Below are positions 26,418 through 39,531 of a DNA stretch of 64,000 nt, piece by piece (the stretch's first letter is position 1; each line of letters starts with the position of its first letter). The stretch comes from Neoconidiobolus thromboides FSU 785 (lineage: Eukaryota; Fungi; Entomophthoromycota): the NCBI GenBank assembly GCA_025603075.1, contig MU626261.1:249601-313600 (forward strand). The letters run 5' to 3'. Under the pieces are notes generated by a model. It saw only the letters and a list, made by a program, of their open reading frames with translations, did not search any database and was not told the origin of the DNA. The translations under genes and the position numbers were made by a program.

Positions 26418-27417
26418 AAATGATATTTTTGTGGTTATAAACGGGTTTAACAATAAGATCATTGTTTTATTTCAATATTGAAAATGAAGGATATCAATAA
26501 TCCCCTATGAAAAGGAGCTATAAAAGTATGTTTTAGATTATTAAAAAGATTATCGTTTTTATATATTGCTTGTAACACCTCCACTTTTGTTTTAGTTTTT
26601 TGATTTTAATTTTAAGTTTGGAAGTTTTTGCTATTTTAAAATACATTTTCAATCAATCTTCAAATTATGGCTAAAAAAGATGTTTTAATAAACAAGATCA
26701 TCAGAGTGGTAGGTCTGGTTGCCTAATAAAATAGGAAATAAGTTTATTTGTAATGAAAATTTCGATTGCTGAAAATTTGATGTTTGTTAACTTAAAAACA
26801 AACGCAAATTTGATTATTTTTGTCATTTTGCTCTAAATGCTTGTATAGCTTTTTTCATCTTTAATGACGATAGTTGTTTAATTATTTTATTCTTTCGAGA
26901 ACAATCAATGACTAAAATATTTATTCTTTTATTTTGTAAAATGAGCTAATATTAAATTAATGGTAAAGTTACAAAACTCTCGAATTTATTGTTGTTATAC
27001 TATAGAAACTTATCTCTCATTGCTAAAAAATAAGCAATAGGAGTTTCAATTTCATAATTTTAACTTTACATTTGAATATTCAAATTCTAAAAAAATCTAA
27101 AAATCATTGTGGTGTCTTATTTTTAAGTTATAATGATTTCCCCTGACTTATCTTATAATCTAGAATAACTCATATGGAATTCAACACCAAAGTATTCTTT
27201 GGATTCCAATAAAATCGATGGGAAATAAATGAAAGTTAGAAACAATAAAAAATCAATTGCAACAATCTTAGTAATACAACTTAATGCTTATATACAAAAA
27301 ATAGAAATTTATTCTAAAATGCCTCAATTTCATGATTTAATCTTTCATTTTCAAATATGCATTTTATTTTCATAAAAAATAAACTTTATTTTGCTTTGCT
27401 TTTATCACTTCTATCAA

Positions 27418-29091
27418 ATGGACTATAGTTTAGTTTCTTGTGACCGGTGTTTTTCTTATCATCGTAAATGTGATCGTTTAATATCTGGATGCTATCAATG
27501 TAATCGCTTGAATTTAGAATGTACTTATATAAGAAAGCGAGACAAAAAGAAAAGTAAAATTCCATTGTATAAAGATAGTCAAAATAATCAACTTCAAGTA
27601 TTTTATATACCACCAAAAAAAGGGATCAATTTAATCTTAAAGGAACCTATATATGATAATTTCAAAGCCAATATTTATAAGTATTTTTATTTAATGAAGT
27701 GCCCCATTAACATTGCTTCTAACTTTTTAAACCTATCGAATCTTAAACCAATTCAGTTAGTTGCTTTACACCAGCATTTAAATAAGATAAAGGGAATGGG
27801 AGGAGGTGCTTCAAAGACACAGAAAGAAATTACCATCCCTTATATGCCAAGTCAAAAAGATATTCAAAACTTATTATTTTCTGCTGAAGAACAATATTTT
27901 TTATTCATTAACCCAGTTATTCCCTTATTTTTACGTTCTAATCTACAATTTAAAAAGCGAGATCCATTATTACGATTTGTTATATGGATACGGGGATTAC
28001 AAATATTAAAGATAACAAAAGCAACAAAATGGCTGTTAGATCAACTGATACCAATATTAATGGATAAAGTGAAGTTAAGCCGTATTAAACCAAGTTTATC
28101 TTCTATACAAATATTAGTTATCTGTTATTATACTGCTAGATGGACCAAAATAAAGGGTACTAATGTAACAAACTATTTAGAAATTGCATTAAGCATGTGT
28201 TATCAGCTGGGATTTCATATGCCATTGTCCAATAAGGTACAATATAGACATACTAACGTTGAGATCGAAAGATTTTTAGCATTTAATACTATATTAAAGT
28301 TAAGTGGATTTTTGAATTTAAGCTTGAATTATTCTGTATACAATGTAATACCTATTCCTCCCACTGTTAGTAAAAAAAAGTTACAGCTGTGTTGTTATGA
28401 TCGATTGGTAATACAAATAAGCTTATATTATAATCAAATCTATAAATCCATTCAAAGTATAAGCAAAAAACGAGCTGCTAGTTGTATCAGAGATAATAAA
28501 ACGAATAAAGAAATTCAAGAAATATTTAATATACAAAACAGTTTAGATACTTCCTATCGAAATGTATTTAAAAAAATCAATTTAATTCATAATAAGTTTA
28601 TTAATAGTCATCACTCTACTACTCTTGTAAACAATAATACCAATAATAATAACTTACAAAAATGGGAGCAATTATTCTTTGGTCAGATCGGATGTCTTAT
28701 TAATTACTTACATATTTATCATCAGACAATTAAATTATTCGGATACAAGTCGAACTATAAGCATTCTAAAGATTCCCTCCATATGGCATACGAGATCGAA
28801 ACTTGTAGTTTAAAGATCCTTGACTCTGCTTTAGGTTTGGGTCCTTATCAAACAGTATCAGTGATGATTTATTCAATAACAACTTCTTTATCTCAATTGA
28901 AATGTTTGAAAACGTTCAATATGTTAAAATGTTCCATTGAGGTAGTAGACCATCTTGATGACTGTGTTAAGGGAATTTTAAAACATAATAAGAGTTTGAT
29001 TTGCCATCCAGTATTGTTGTTTTATTTTTCATTAGCATTAGGAGATATCAAAGCAATTAAATGGGCGTGGCCAGCTAGTTTGGAGAAATAG
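27418..29091 (+). CDS. Zn(II)2Cys6 fungal transcription factor with a middle homology region, intronless
   Basis: CDRC-x6-C-x6-CYQC-x6-C binuclear cluster right after ATG 27418; YFLFINPVIPLF and ALSMCYQLGFH..ER fit the Fungal_trans region. Confidence 0.88.
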   Translation: MDYSLVSCDRCFSYHRKCDRLISGCYQCNRLNLECTYIRKRDKKKSKIPLYKDSQNNQLQVFYIPPKKGINLILKEPIYDNFKANIYKYFYLMKCPINIASNFLNLSNLKPIQLVALHQHLNKIKGMGGGASKTQKEITIPYMPSQKDIQNLLFSAEEQYFLFINPVIPLFLRSNLQFKKRDPLLRFVIWIRGLQILKITKATKWLLDQLIPILMDKVKLSRIKPSLSSIQILVICYYTARWTKIKGTNVTNYLEIALSMCYQLGFHMPLSNKVQYRHTNVEIERFLAFNTILKLSGFLNLSLNYSVYNVIPIPPTVSKKKLQLCCYDRLVIQISLYYNQIYKSIQSISKKRAASCIRDNKTNKEIQEIFNIQNSLDTSYRNVFKKINLIHNKFINSHHSTTLVNNNTNNNNLQKWEQLFFGQIGCLINYLHIYHQTIKLFGYKSNYKHSKDSLHMAYEIETCSLKILDSALGLGPYQTVSVMIYSITTSLSQLKCLKTFNMLKCSIEVVDHLDDCVKGILKHNKSLICHPVLLFYFSLALGDIKAIKWAWPASLEK

Positions 29092-29482
29092 TTGAAGGTA
29101 TGGTGTAAAAATGTGCTTTTGTTTTTTATTATTTTATTTTTTTATATAGTAAAAATATATTTATGAATTTTATTGTAACTATTTTGTTTTTATTCTATTT
29201 TTTATTTTTCTTGTACTAAAAGTTTATAAGAGGTTACTCGAGGTAAAATTTTATTGGTGGAGTTAATTAACAGAAAAGATATTAATGGAAAAAATAAATT
29301 GAAGTTAAAATTTATTAACCTTACTATTTTATCTTTTTAATAAAAATATTATCAATTAATTAAAAATAAAAGCAATAAACAAAAAATTAGAACATCGACT
29401 TATTTTAGCATTATTATTATAAAACAGATAAGCATCGGCACAAATATCAAACCTTGCATTTAAAACTTAGTAAATCAAAGTC

Positions 29483-32400
29483 ATGGATTCATGTCCAGTA
29501 AGGTAAGCCAATATCTCGCTTTCTCAAAACACTTTAGACAGATCCTGCTTTTAGAGTAGCATTGCGTGTGCGCCCTTTAAGCAACAAAGAAAATTCCGAA
29601 GGAAGTGTATCTTGCGTATCCTTCATCCCAAATTCCAGTCAAATAGTAGTTGGCTCAGATAGGTCGTTTACGTTTGACTATGTCTTTAGTCCAGAAACAG
29701 AACAGGAAACAGTATATAGGAGTTCAGCTCAACCCTTGGTAGATAAGCTTATGGATGGGTAAATTAAGATAAATTTATATAGATATTTAAGATTAATCTT
29801 GTTTTATTATTATTAATATTTAGATTCAATACCACAATCTTTGCTTATGGGTAAGTTTTTAGATTTATTATTATTATTATTACTTTACTGATCCTCTTTT
29901 TAGTCAGGTAAAAAAATAATATATATATAGAAAACAGTTGCTAAATCAAAATTCTCCTGATAGACAGGCAGTGGTAAAACATTCAGTATGGGTACAAGCG
30001 TCGATTATTCGGATGCCCCAGAAAATCAAGGTGAAAATTTTATTCGTTAGATTCCACTCAAAATTCTCAATTTAATCCTATTTTAGGTATTGTTCCCCGA
30101 GCCGTCCATAACATCTTTGAAATCATTCGCGCGCGTCATAAAGAATCTTCACATTACAAATGTGAAGTGTTAATTACCTTTTTAGAATTGTATAATGAAG
30201 AATTAATTGATTTACTTGCGCCCAATCCTACTCCTAGCCGCCCAAGCGGTAGTCGACCCAACTCTTATCATTCAGTAAAAGGCCCAACAATCCGTGAAGA
30301 TCCTCAAGGAGGTATCTATTGGAAAGGAGTAACTGAAGTAGTTGTTGAAGACCCTAATGAAGTATTGGATTATTTATATAAAGGATTAATAGGGCGTACT
30401 ACAGCAAGTACCGAAATGAATGCAACCTCTTCAAGATCCCATGCCATTTTTTCAATTACTATAAAACAAGACATTGAAGAAGAGGAAGTATTTACAAATG
30501 ATAATGAAACAGAAGTCATGTCAGAGAATTTAGATAACGCTCCTATTGTTAAACATTTAGTATCAAAATTTCATTTTGTGGATTTAGCAGGTTCAGAGAG
30601 GTTAAAGAGAACTCAAGCCATCGGCGGTAGAGCTAAAGAGGGTATATCTATCAATGCAGGTCTATTAGCATTAGGCAATGTGATCAGTGCCCTAGGAGAT
30701 GAAACTAGAAAAAGTTCCCATATCCCTTATAGAGATAGCAAATTAACTAGATTACTTCAGGATTCTATTGGTGGCAATAGTCAGACCCTGATGTTGGCAT
30801 GTATTTCACCATCCGATTCTAATTTTTTAGAAACATTAAATACACTAAAATATGCTAATAGAGCGAGGAATATCAAAAACAGAGTCCAAGTGAATTCAGG
30901 GGTATCGAATCCAACAGAAGAAATTAATAGATTAAAGAATGAAGTTAATAAATTAAGAATGCAGTTACAAATACATAATTCAAACTCTCATTTGGGGATT
31001 GAGAATGGCCATACTTCAGTTATAAAAGATATGGAACAAATCAAAAAATTAGAGAGAAGAATCATTGAATTAACAGAAGAAGTGGTCTCCATACAAACAG
31101 ATCGAGATCTATTGATATTGAAGATGGCCAAGGATTATGGGGTTGAGGGGAAGGAATTATTAGATGGAGTAGAAATCATGAATTATGCGGAAGAAATATT
31201 GACTTTAAGACAACAACTAGAGGCTTATGAATTAGCTTTTGAGACAACTATATTTTCTAAGAAAACGAAAGGGAGGATTGGGAATACGAACAATAGATTG
31301 AAGCAGGGAGATAAGGTGGTAAATGGGGCAGATGATTATGACAGTAATCTGTCTGATATTAATGGGGACTCTAAAGCTTTAAATCAAGAACTGGATGAAA
31401 TTACACTTAATCTATCTAGATTACAGATGAACAATGGTACGGAAGATAGTAACAGTGATGGTAATTATAATTCTGATAATCCAGGAATAAGTTATCGTCA
31501 ACCTCATTCGGTTAGTAGAGTAACGGTAAGTGTGATAATTAGATCATATATTAGTAAACCTAATTTGTCTATTTTCTTTTATTTAGGGCTTAAGATTAGA
31601 AAGTAGCAATAACACCAAATCCTTAAATAGCTCACCTACATTAACTAGATCTGAGCTAGGGGATAGTAATGAATTAGAAGGAAGTAAAATACAAAAATTA
31701 CAAACCAAGATAAAAGATTTACAGTATAAATTGAACTTACTCACTAGAGAAAAAGAAGATCTAAGTAAAAAATTGAATCATTTTAATGATCTTAAAGGTA
31801 AAGCTGGAGGTAGATTGAATAGGGTAAGAATAGATTACTTTTATGTTTTGTTTTATTTACTAATTGTTTTATTCAAACAGACCAATTCCGAACACACAGA
31901 ATCTTTAACCAGCCCTGAAGGATCCGTGAAAACAGTGAGTGATCCATCCACATTTAGATTAAAAGAAGAACTCGAACGAGTCATTAAAGAAAACAAAATG
32001 CTGAGTGAGCAAGTAAAGCGACTACGTGTTCAATCCACCAAAAAAGCAAGGGCTATTAGTCAATTAGCATTGAGAGATACCGTACCAAAGAAGCCAGTAT
32101 CTTCTTATCCCGATTTTAAAACATCACAAAAAAGTGTATCTGGATTGAGATCAGCTTATAAAAGACAATTACTAGAACAAGAAATCCAACAATTTTTATT
32201 AGGTAGAAGGGCAAGGAAGGTTCTCTTTGGCTTAAGGAAACAATTAGAAAAGTTACAAGTTGAACAAGTGGAATTAATGAACAAAAAAGAAGAAGTTATT
32301 AAAAATTTAGAAGATTATCAAGGGGATGAGGGTACAGAGGAGGAAGAAAAGATGCTAATGCTAATAGAAGAAATTAGCGAAAGATTACTGGAGATTGAGG

Positions 32401-32870
32401 TCGAAATGGATTATACTACTGCTAGGATAAAGAACCAAGAAAGTATAATAGAAGAAAAGATCAAGCCTCCAGAGCCTAATGAAGATTTAAATCCATTATT
32501 AAGGGATGATCTTTTCGGCGAAAGTAACTATAGAGCTGCATTGAAAATCCTATATGAATTAGAACCTACTGAAATATATGGCATGTTAGAATTAATGCTA
32601 AGAGATTTAGTTATGTTAAAGATGAGCCAATTTGGATTAAAGAATAAGGTTAATGAGTTATCTGATAGTATTAAAAAGAAAGAATTGAAATTTGAATCTA
32701 TCCATAAAACTCTGAGGGTAATTACTATGAATTATGAGAGGAAGATACAAGAACTTAGATCTAAGGCGGATATAAGTGATAATGAACAGTTTGACCCATT
32801 TGCTAATAATTTGGATTCTGAGTTTGAAGAATCTGAAGTGGAACTACAGGAACAAGATTTAGTGATTTAA
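29483..32870 (+). CDS. Kinesin-4 (KIF4/KIF21-like) motor with a coiled-coil tail, multi-exon including a 4-nt micro-exon
   Basis: VRVALRVRP, FTFDYVF, AYG-Q-TGSGKT, FLELYNEELIDLL, NATSSRSHAIF, SKFHFVDLAGSERLKRT, HIPYRDSKLTRLLQDSIGGNSQT. Confidence 0.92.
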
Positions 32871-33063
32871 TGAATAGGTAGGGATAGTATTGGAGTTATT
32901 TTTTAACTATGTATAAATTTAAAAATAATATGAAGTTGGTTAATAAAGTATAAGTATCTAATAATATACAATTGATTAGTTTCTTATTTTTTAAATATTT
33001 ATATCGGAATATATAAAAATTCACATTTGTTTTTTAATTCAAAAATCGATCTATTTTTATTTA

Positions 33064-34629
33064 TTATTCCCCTTGTTGTCCACCAGATTCAAGCAACTTT
33101 ATATAATCTTGAAGCTCTCCATTATCTAAAAATAACGTTATTAAAAGTAAAATAAGAAAATAGAATTCAATTTTACCAGGCTCCAATTCTAAAGCTTCAG
33201 TTAAATAATTTAAACCTTGAGCATAACTTTGAGCTATTTGTTCCAATTCTTCTTCATCTTTTTCATTCCCTTCGGTTTGTTTCGATAATAGTTTACTGTG
33301 CGTGATATAAGTTTGACCAAGCTAAAGAGAAATGTCAATAAAAGGTAAACGGAGAAAGGGCAAAGTAACGTTTAAACTTACTAAATTTAAAAGGTCAAAG
33401 TTAATCTCTTCAGCCTCCAATTGAGCTTCAAAGCTTACAATTACAAATTCTAAAAAAGGCTATAAAGAATCCCAAATTAAATAAAATGATTAAACTAACG
33501 TATAACAATCCGTTTACCTTCGTCACCTCTGGCTTCCCATTACCAACCCACTCATAAATTTTATAAACCAAAACATTTAAATCTATCACTTCTTTATTGA
33601 CAGGTAACTTTTCACTATTTGATAACGTTTCAAATATTGAAGATAGTTTTTTCAGTTGTGTTAAAATAAATTTTGTTTGGTACTTTTTGATCACCTTAAG
33701 CTGAAACAATGATAATAAAGAGTTCATTATTAAGGTTAATATTCCATAGATTTGAGTATTGCTACTATAGTCAGATTGATTTTTCATTTGTTTTTTCAAC
33801 TTTGTTAATTGATTAGTAAATTATCAATAATAACCATACTATTCACTTACCTCTTCTAAACCTTCATCAAAAACCTTCATTTCCTTAATGTTCTTTGGCA
33901 ATATACTTTTGTTATTCAACACTTTAACATTCTCCCCTTGTTCAATTGCACTCTCTTCTACTTCATAATCTGGGAAGTTTAACTTAGTATACTCTTTAAC
34001 CTCAAAATAAACCTAATAAAAGGTACCATTAATTACAATCAACCTTAACTTCATATGTATTATATAACTCTTACTTTGAAAAACTTTATCGCCACTTGTA
34101 ATAATTTCAATTCTATTTCCTTGTCAAACTTTTTAAGTTCATTAAAATCTATTTCTTCCACTTGTTCCTTTACTTCCAGCAATAAACCAAACTGTAACTT
34201 AATCAAAATAAAATAGACCACATTTTCCAACTTTTCTCTCTTCTCATTATCAAACTTTTCCATCCCAATTTCAAAAAGTTTAATCACTCTTCTTTTGTCC
34301 TCTTCATCTAATTTCTTCAAATTCAAACCCACAGTATCGTCATCCTGCTTCATAGTGCTCATGCCTTTAATCTGAGTTTGAAGGAATTGATAATATTCTA
34401 TGGATGACATATCTGAAGTTTGTATTTCTTTACCAGTTTTTGGATCTTGTAAAACAAGAGTATCGGTTTCTTCCATCTCTTCTTCACTTTCATCTGAGCT
34501 GCTCTCTGGTTTATAAGCAGCAGGCTTTAATTCGTGATTAAGTTTGGATTTTGGTTCAATGTTAGCCTTCTTTGAGCTTGGTGTAAGTGCCTTTGGGCTA
34601 CGTTTTAATATGTTCTTTTTGGGTGGCAT
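33064..34629 (-). CDS. Hypothetical protein, basic/acidic N-terminus and helical (TPR-like) C-terminus, ~5 exons
   Basis: ORFs 34060-34629, 33428-33799 and 33064-33246 are separated by GT-AG introns; C-terminus LGQTYI..AQSYAQGLNYLTEALELEP is TPR-like. Confidence 0.6.
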
Positions 34630-35943
34630 TATAGAGGTTGTGTTAAGAGAAATGAAAATGAGTTTTTGAAAAGAGTGAGATGATGCAAATTAAGAAATTT
34701 CATGAATTTCTATTTTTTTCGAAAAAACCGGGCTTTCAAGTTAAAATTGTTGTTGTGCAAATTATAAAAGCATAACAAACTTTTATAGTTATTGTGCATA
34801 TCATCAGATATCCTTTTGAGATATTTATCAGTTTTTTCAAATACCCAGTTTATTATCGTGAACTCATCCATTTACTCTCAACAATGTAGTTTAAATGTCA
34901 AAATATAGAGTGATATATTAATAGACTGCCAGTAATGGAAAGCATCCCAAAAACATAAAAATGATAGAAAATCAATCAATGAAATAAAATATGAATGAAA
35001 AATGAGAGAGATTTATTTTTAATAAATTAACATATTAGATTCATTATATGGGATATTGATTTGAATCGACTTATATTATGAAGTTGATGAAATGAACGAA
35101 ATAAATAAATTAAAGCTTAAAGATTTTAAGGGTTTATTGTTATTGTTGTTTTAAGGATGGCATATTGATACATATAACATAAAAATGCAATTGGAGCTAT
35201 AAATACTTTTTTGTATTTAATCTAGATAGAAATTAACAAAATTAGAAAGAGATGGTTTTTTATTTTATTCTTTATGGGCTTTTTTTAAACATTAAATTTT
35301 AAAAAGTAATCGAATTGAAACAAGCAAAAGATATCTTCTTTATTTACATATTATCTGCATTTAATTTATCAATTCTATTATAAATAATAGCCCGAAGAAA
35401 GTTGAACCTTGAGCTGGAATTAGTACATATAATAGAACGTATATATTTATTTTATTTTTATTTTTAATGTATGAATTTGATAAACTATTCAAATTCAACT
35501 GATTAAATAGCATAATTTTTAAAAGGGGGTGTTTAAACACTTATTTATAAAAGAATAAGTTTTAAACTTAAAGTTTCTCATAACTAAAATATAATAAATT
35601 TATTTTCATAATGTTCATATTAAATTGATAAATTAATTAGTCAGTTTTTATCATATAAGAAGTATAAATAAACTAATTTTAATTAAAACAACATCATACT
35701 TTAAAAACAGTTAAGAACTTAAGAGGAGAGTTAATGCTAATCCAAACTTCAAACGGTTAAAAAAAATTGTTATTATAAGTCTAGGTAAGGAACTAAGAGA
35801 GCGTTAAAAAAAAAGCATAAACGTACAGAAAAAAAATAGAGGTAAGAAAAAGCAAACTCAATTTATTAAATTTTATTCTTTTTTCACTACTATTCATATT
35901 TCAACTATACTATAAATACTCTTCAAATAGAACTCTTTAAGTA

Positions 35944-37343
35944 ATGTTAATTACCACTCAAAGAACAATTAGTAACTTTTATCGAAATATGGAAGTATTT
36001 GAACCCAGTTTACATTTAGCAAATATTCATCTGTATGACACCAAACTATTATTAAATTACAAAAATTATTTAAATTTATTGCCAAGAGAGTTGTTATTAG
36101 CCATTTTATTTTATTTAAATAAATTGGACTTATTTAATTTATCTTTAGTAATTATTGTTATTGCTTTCTATTATTTGTATTTATTTTTTCTAGGTCAATA
36201 AATATTTCAATAAACTTATTTATGATGGTACTTTATGGTGTACATTAGATTTAAGTAATGAATTACAATTTATGCCTTCGAGTATCTTTAGCAAAATAAT
36301 ACGCGAAGCAAGCTCTTATATTAAGGTATTAAGGCTAAGGTAATTTACAATAACCTCTCTTCTACCTTTACATGTACTTACTTTATACATATAGGAATTA
36401 CAATAATATCACTGAGAGTGTCATGAATTGTCTGATATCTAATTGTTTTAACCTTGAAGTAATAGATATAGCTGGATGTAATAGAATACGACAATCTCAA
36501 CTGGTACAATTATTAAAAAACAATACAAAGTTGCAACATCTAAATTTGAATGGATTGAATAAAATGGATTTAGAGTTGCAAAAATTGATTCAAACTAAAC
36601 AATTAATGAAGCTTAATTTAAGTTATTGTAAAATTCATCAATTATCTCAATTGAGTGAAAGTTTGATTTGTTTAAACTTATCGGGATTAGCGAATATTAC
36701 AGATGAGTTGTTAGAACACCTTCAAAATCTGGACGCATTAAAGAAGTTAAATTTAAATAATAACACATATTTAACTGATAATCATCTTCAGTTACTATTT
36801 AATAAGAAAACCCGATTCAAACTATCTCATTTAAGTTTAAAATATTTAAACCAACTTCAATTTTGTTTTAATAATATAATCAATTATCAAACAGAACTAA
36901 TACATTTAGATCTAACAGATACAAAGATAGCATATAATTTATTAAATCAATTGGTCATAAAACTAGTCCACTTACAATATTTTAGTTTAGACGGAATCAC
37001 CTACTGTGATGACAACATTATCCAACAATTAGTAAATTATCAAACTCAACTTGATACCTTACTATTAAACAATATCAATTTAGAAGACATAACTATTCAA
37101 AGATTAAAAAATATTAAATTAAAAAGGTTAGAGATTAATAACAATAAAAGGGTAACGAATCAATTGCTATTGAATTTGCCTATAACTCTATGTTATTTGG
37201 ATGTATTAGATTGCCCTAATTTAACTAGAGATGCGATTTATATTTTACCATTTTATTATCCTAAATTAAAGATTAATAGTGTGTTCGATAAGTTGACAAA
37301 TAGCAATCATGAGTATTCAATGTTTTCTTGTATACTTTTATAG
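35944..37343 (+). CDS. F-box/leucine-rich-repeat protein (FBXL-like), 3 exons
   Basis: F-box LLPRELLLAILFYLNKLDL..W..LDLS; repeated LxxLxLxxC/N LRRs (LEVIDIAGCNRI, LQHLNLNG, LCYLDVLDCPNLT). Confidence 0.82.
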
Positions 37344-37915
37344 AAGGGATTATAAAATGACCGGAGAGAATAAAGCATTTTTTGTTAGTTTGCTAAAGCT
37401 TTATTTTTTTGTTTTCTATATTGTTATCTGTTTGTTAATACCCAATTCTGTTAAACTTTACACCTTTTATTGAACAAGTCATTTATCGGACTATATTTTA
37501 GATAAAACCTCAATTAATTTACGCAGTCTTTAAAACTTGCTCGATTAAGGTTGTGTACAGATTTTAAAAAACTAGTTGAAGGTTAAATTCAGTTCTTATG
37601 TTTATACTCATTATTAGTGAACTTAAGGGGGTAGAAACGATTAAAATTAAAAAAATAGTTAAAAGTTAAATCAATGTTTTGCTAAAACAATCGAAAGGTT
37701 AATTTAAAAATTATTTATTACTAATCACATAAAAATTTTGCAGCCATAGAAAACCTGCATTACTATAATAATGAAATAAAGAGAAACTATAAATAGGTTG
37801 TGCTTATTTTAATAATTTTATCTTTTAACACTCCCTCAGCCAAGCTTTTTTTAGTTGAAATTTAATATAAAATAAAAAACTTTCAAAAATAAGAAAAATC
37901 AGATAAAAACAACAG

Positions 37916-39531
37916 ATGACAACTCAATCACCAACACCTTTGCCATGGAAGCAGATAAGTATATTGTTGGCAGTAAGATTTGCTGAACCCGTAGCATTCA
38001 CCATCTTTTTTCCATTTATGTACCAAGTAAGTCTCCATCTGTCAAAGAACAATCCAGTTAACATTACAAATCTAGATGGTAAAAAGCTTTCACTTAAGTG
38101 AGAACAGTGGTGATATAGCTTATTATGCTGGTTTTGTAGCTTCTTCTTTTGCTATAGCTCAATTTATTTCTGGTAGGTTACATTTTAATTTTATAAATGA
38201 TAAAACTATTTTAAAAAATTAACTAATCTCTTTCCTTTAAATAGGCGTCCCTTGGGGTATGTTATCTGATAAAATAGGTCGAAGACCAGTAATATTGTTA
38301 GGGCTTTTAGGAACAGCTTCAAGTTTAACGCTATTTGGATTAAGTAAAAGTTTACCTTTTGCTATAGTTACTAGAAGTTTATGTGGATTACTAAATGGTA
38401 ATGTTGGAGTTATAAAGTCAATGATGGCCGAATTGACAGATAATAGCAATAGAGGTAAGACGATCTGAATTTTTTGTTTTTTTGTTAATAATTCAACTTA
38501 TTTTATGTAGCTAAAGGGTTTTCTTTATTACCTATGATGTTTGGCTTAGGGTCCATTGTTGGTCCAACATTAGGAGGCTTTTTATCAGAACCGGTAAAAA
38601 GCTATCCTAGTTTATTTATCGAAGATACTCTGTTGAAACGATTTTTGTCTGAATTTCCTTACTTTTTACCTTGTTTTGTATCCTCTTCATTGTGTCTCAT
38701 AGGATGTATATTTGGCTACTTTTATCTTGAAGAAACCTTAGAAAGCAAGATAATCTCAAGAAACACTTCTAAAGAGAGTTTATTAACCCAAGAAGGAAGG
38801 AGAGAAACTTATAATAGCATATCAATCAATAAAGAAGATGATCAAAATATACCAAAAGCATCTTGGGTGACGATGTTAGGTTATATAGGCTTATCCTTAC
38901 AAACAGTTATGATTGATGAGCTGTTTCCTGTTTGGGCAAGTACCTATCAAGTAGATGGCGGTTTAGGGTTTAAGCCCCCTCAAATTGGTACTCTGTTTGC
39001 TTATGGCGGGGTAGCTTTGTTAGTTATACAGATCTTGTTTTATACACCGATACAACAAAAGTTTGGTAGTTTAAAGTTATATCAAATGGTTTATTTTGTT
39101 TATACACCTATTTTAATGCTTTATCCAATTGCTGCTAGCTTCCATAGTAAAACATTGTGGGCATACTTGTTGTTCTTAACTACGTTTAGGACTGCTTGTG
39201 GCGTATTCGCCTTCACTTCGGCAAATATTTTGGTAAGTCTGAAGTTGATCTTTGATTTTTTTTGCTTACGATACTATTTATTTATTAGATAGCTGAGACT
39301 TGTCCAAATAAAAAGATATTGGGGAAAGTGAATGGGATTGCCCAATGTTTAGGGTCTCTAATGAGGGCTGCTGGCCCTACTTTGGCTGGTGTCGCTTACT
39401 CTTGGAGTTTGAAAAATTCTTCACAATATATTATATTTAAATATCCTTTTACTTGGATCTTGATTGCTATTATTTCCTTCATTAATTTAATTGTTGCTAG
39501 ATTTATTTCGCCTAATGATTTGTTGGAATAA
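37916..39531 (+). CDS. MFS transporter (DHA1/ZIFL-YCR023C-like), multi-exon
   Basis: PLPWKQI..RFAEP..IFFPF, WGMLSDKIGRRPV (motif A), LNGNVGV.KSMMAELTD, GPTLGG. Confidence 0.88.
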
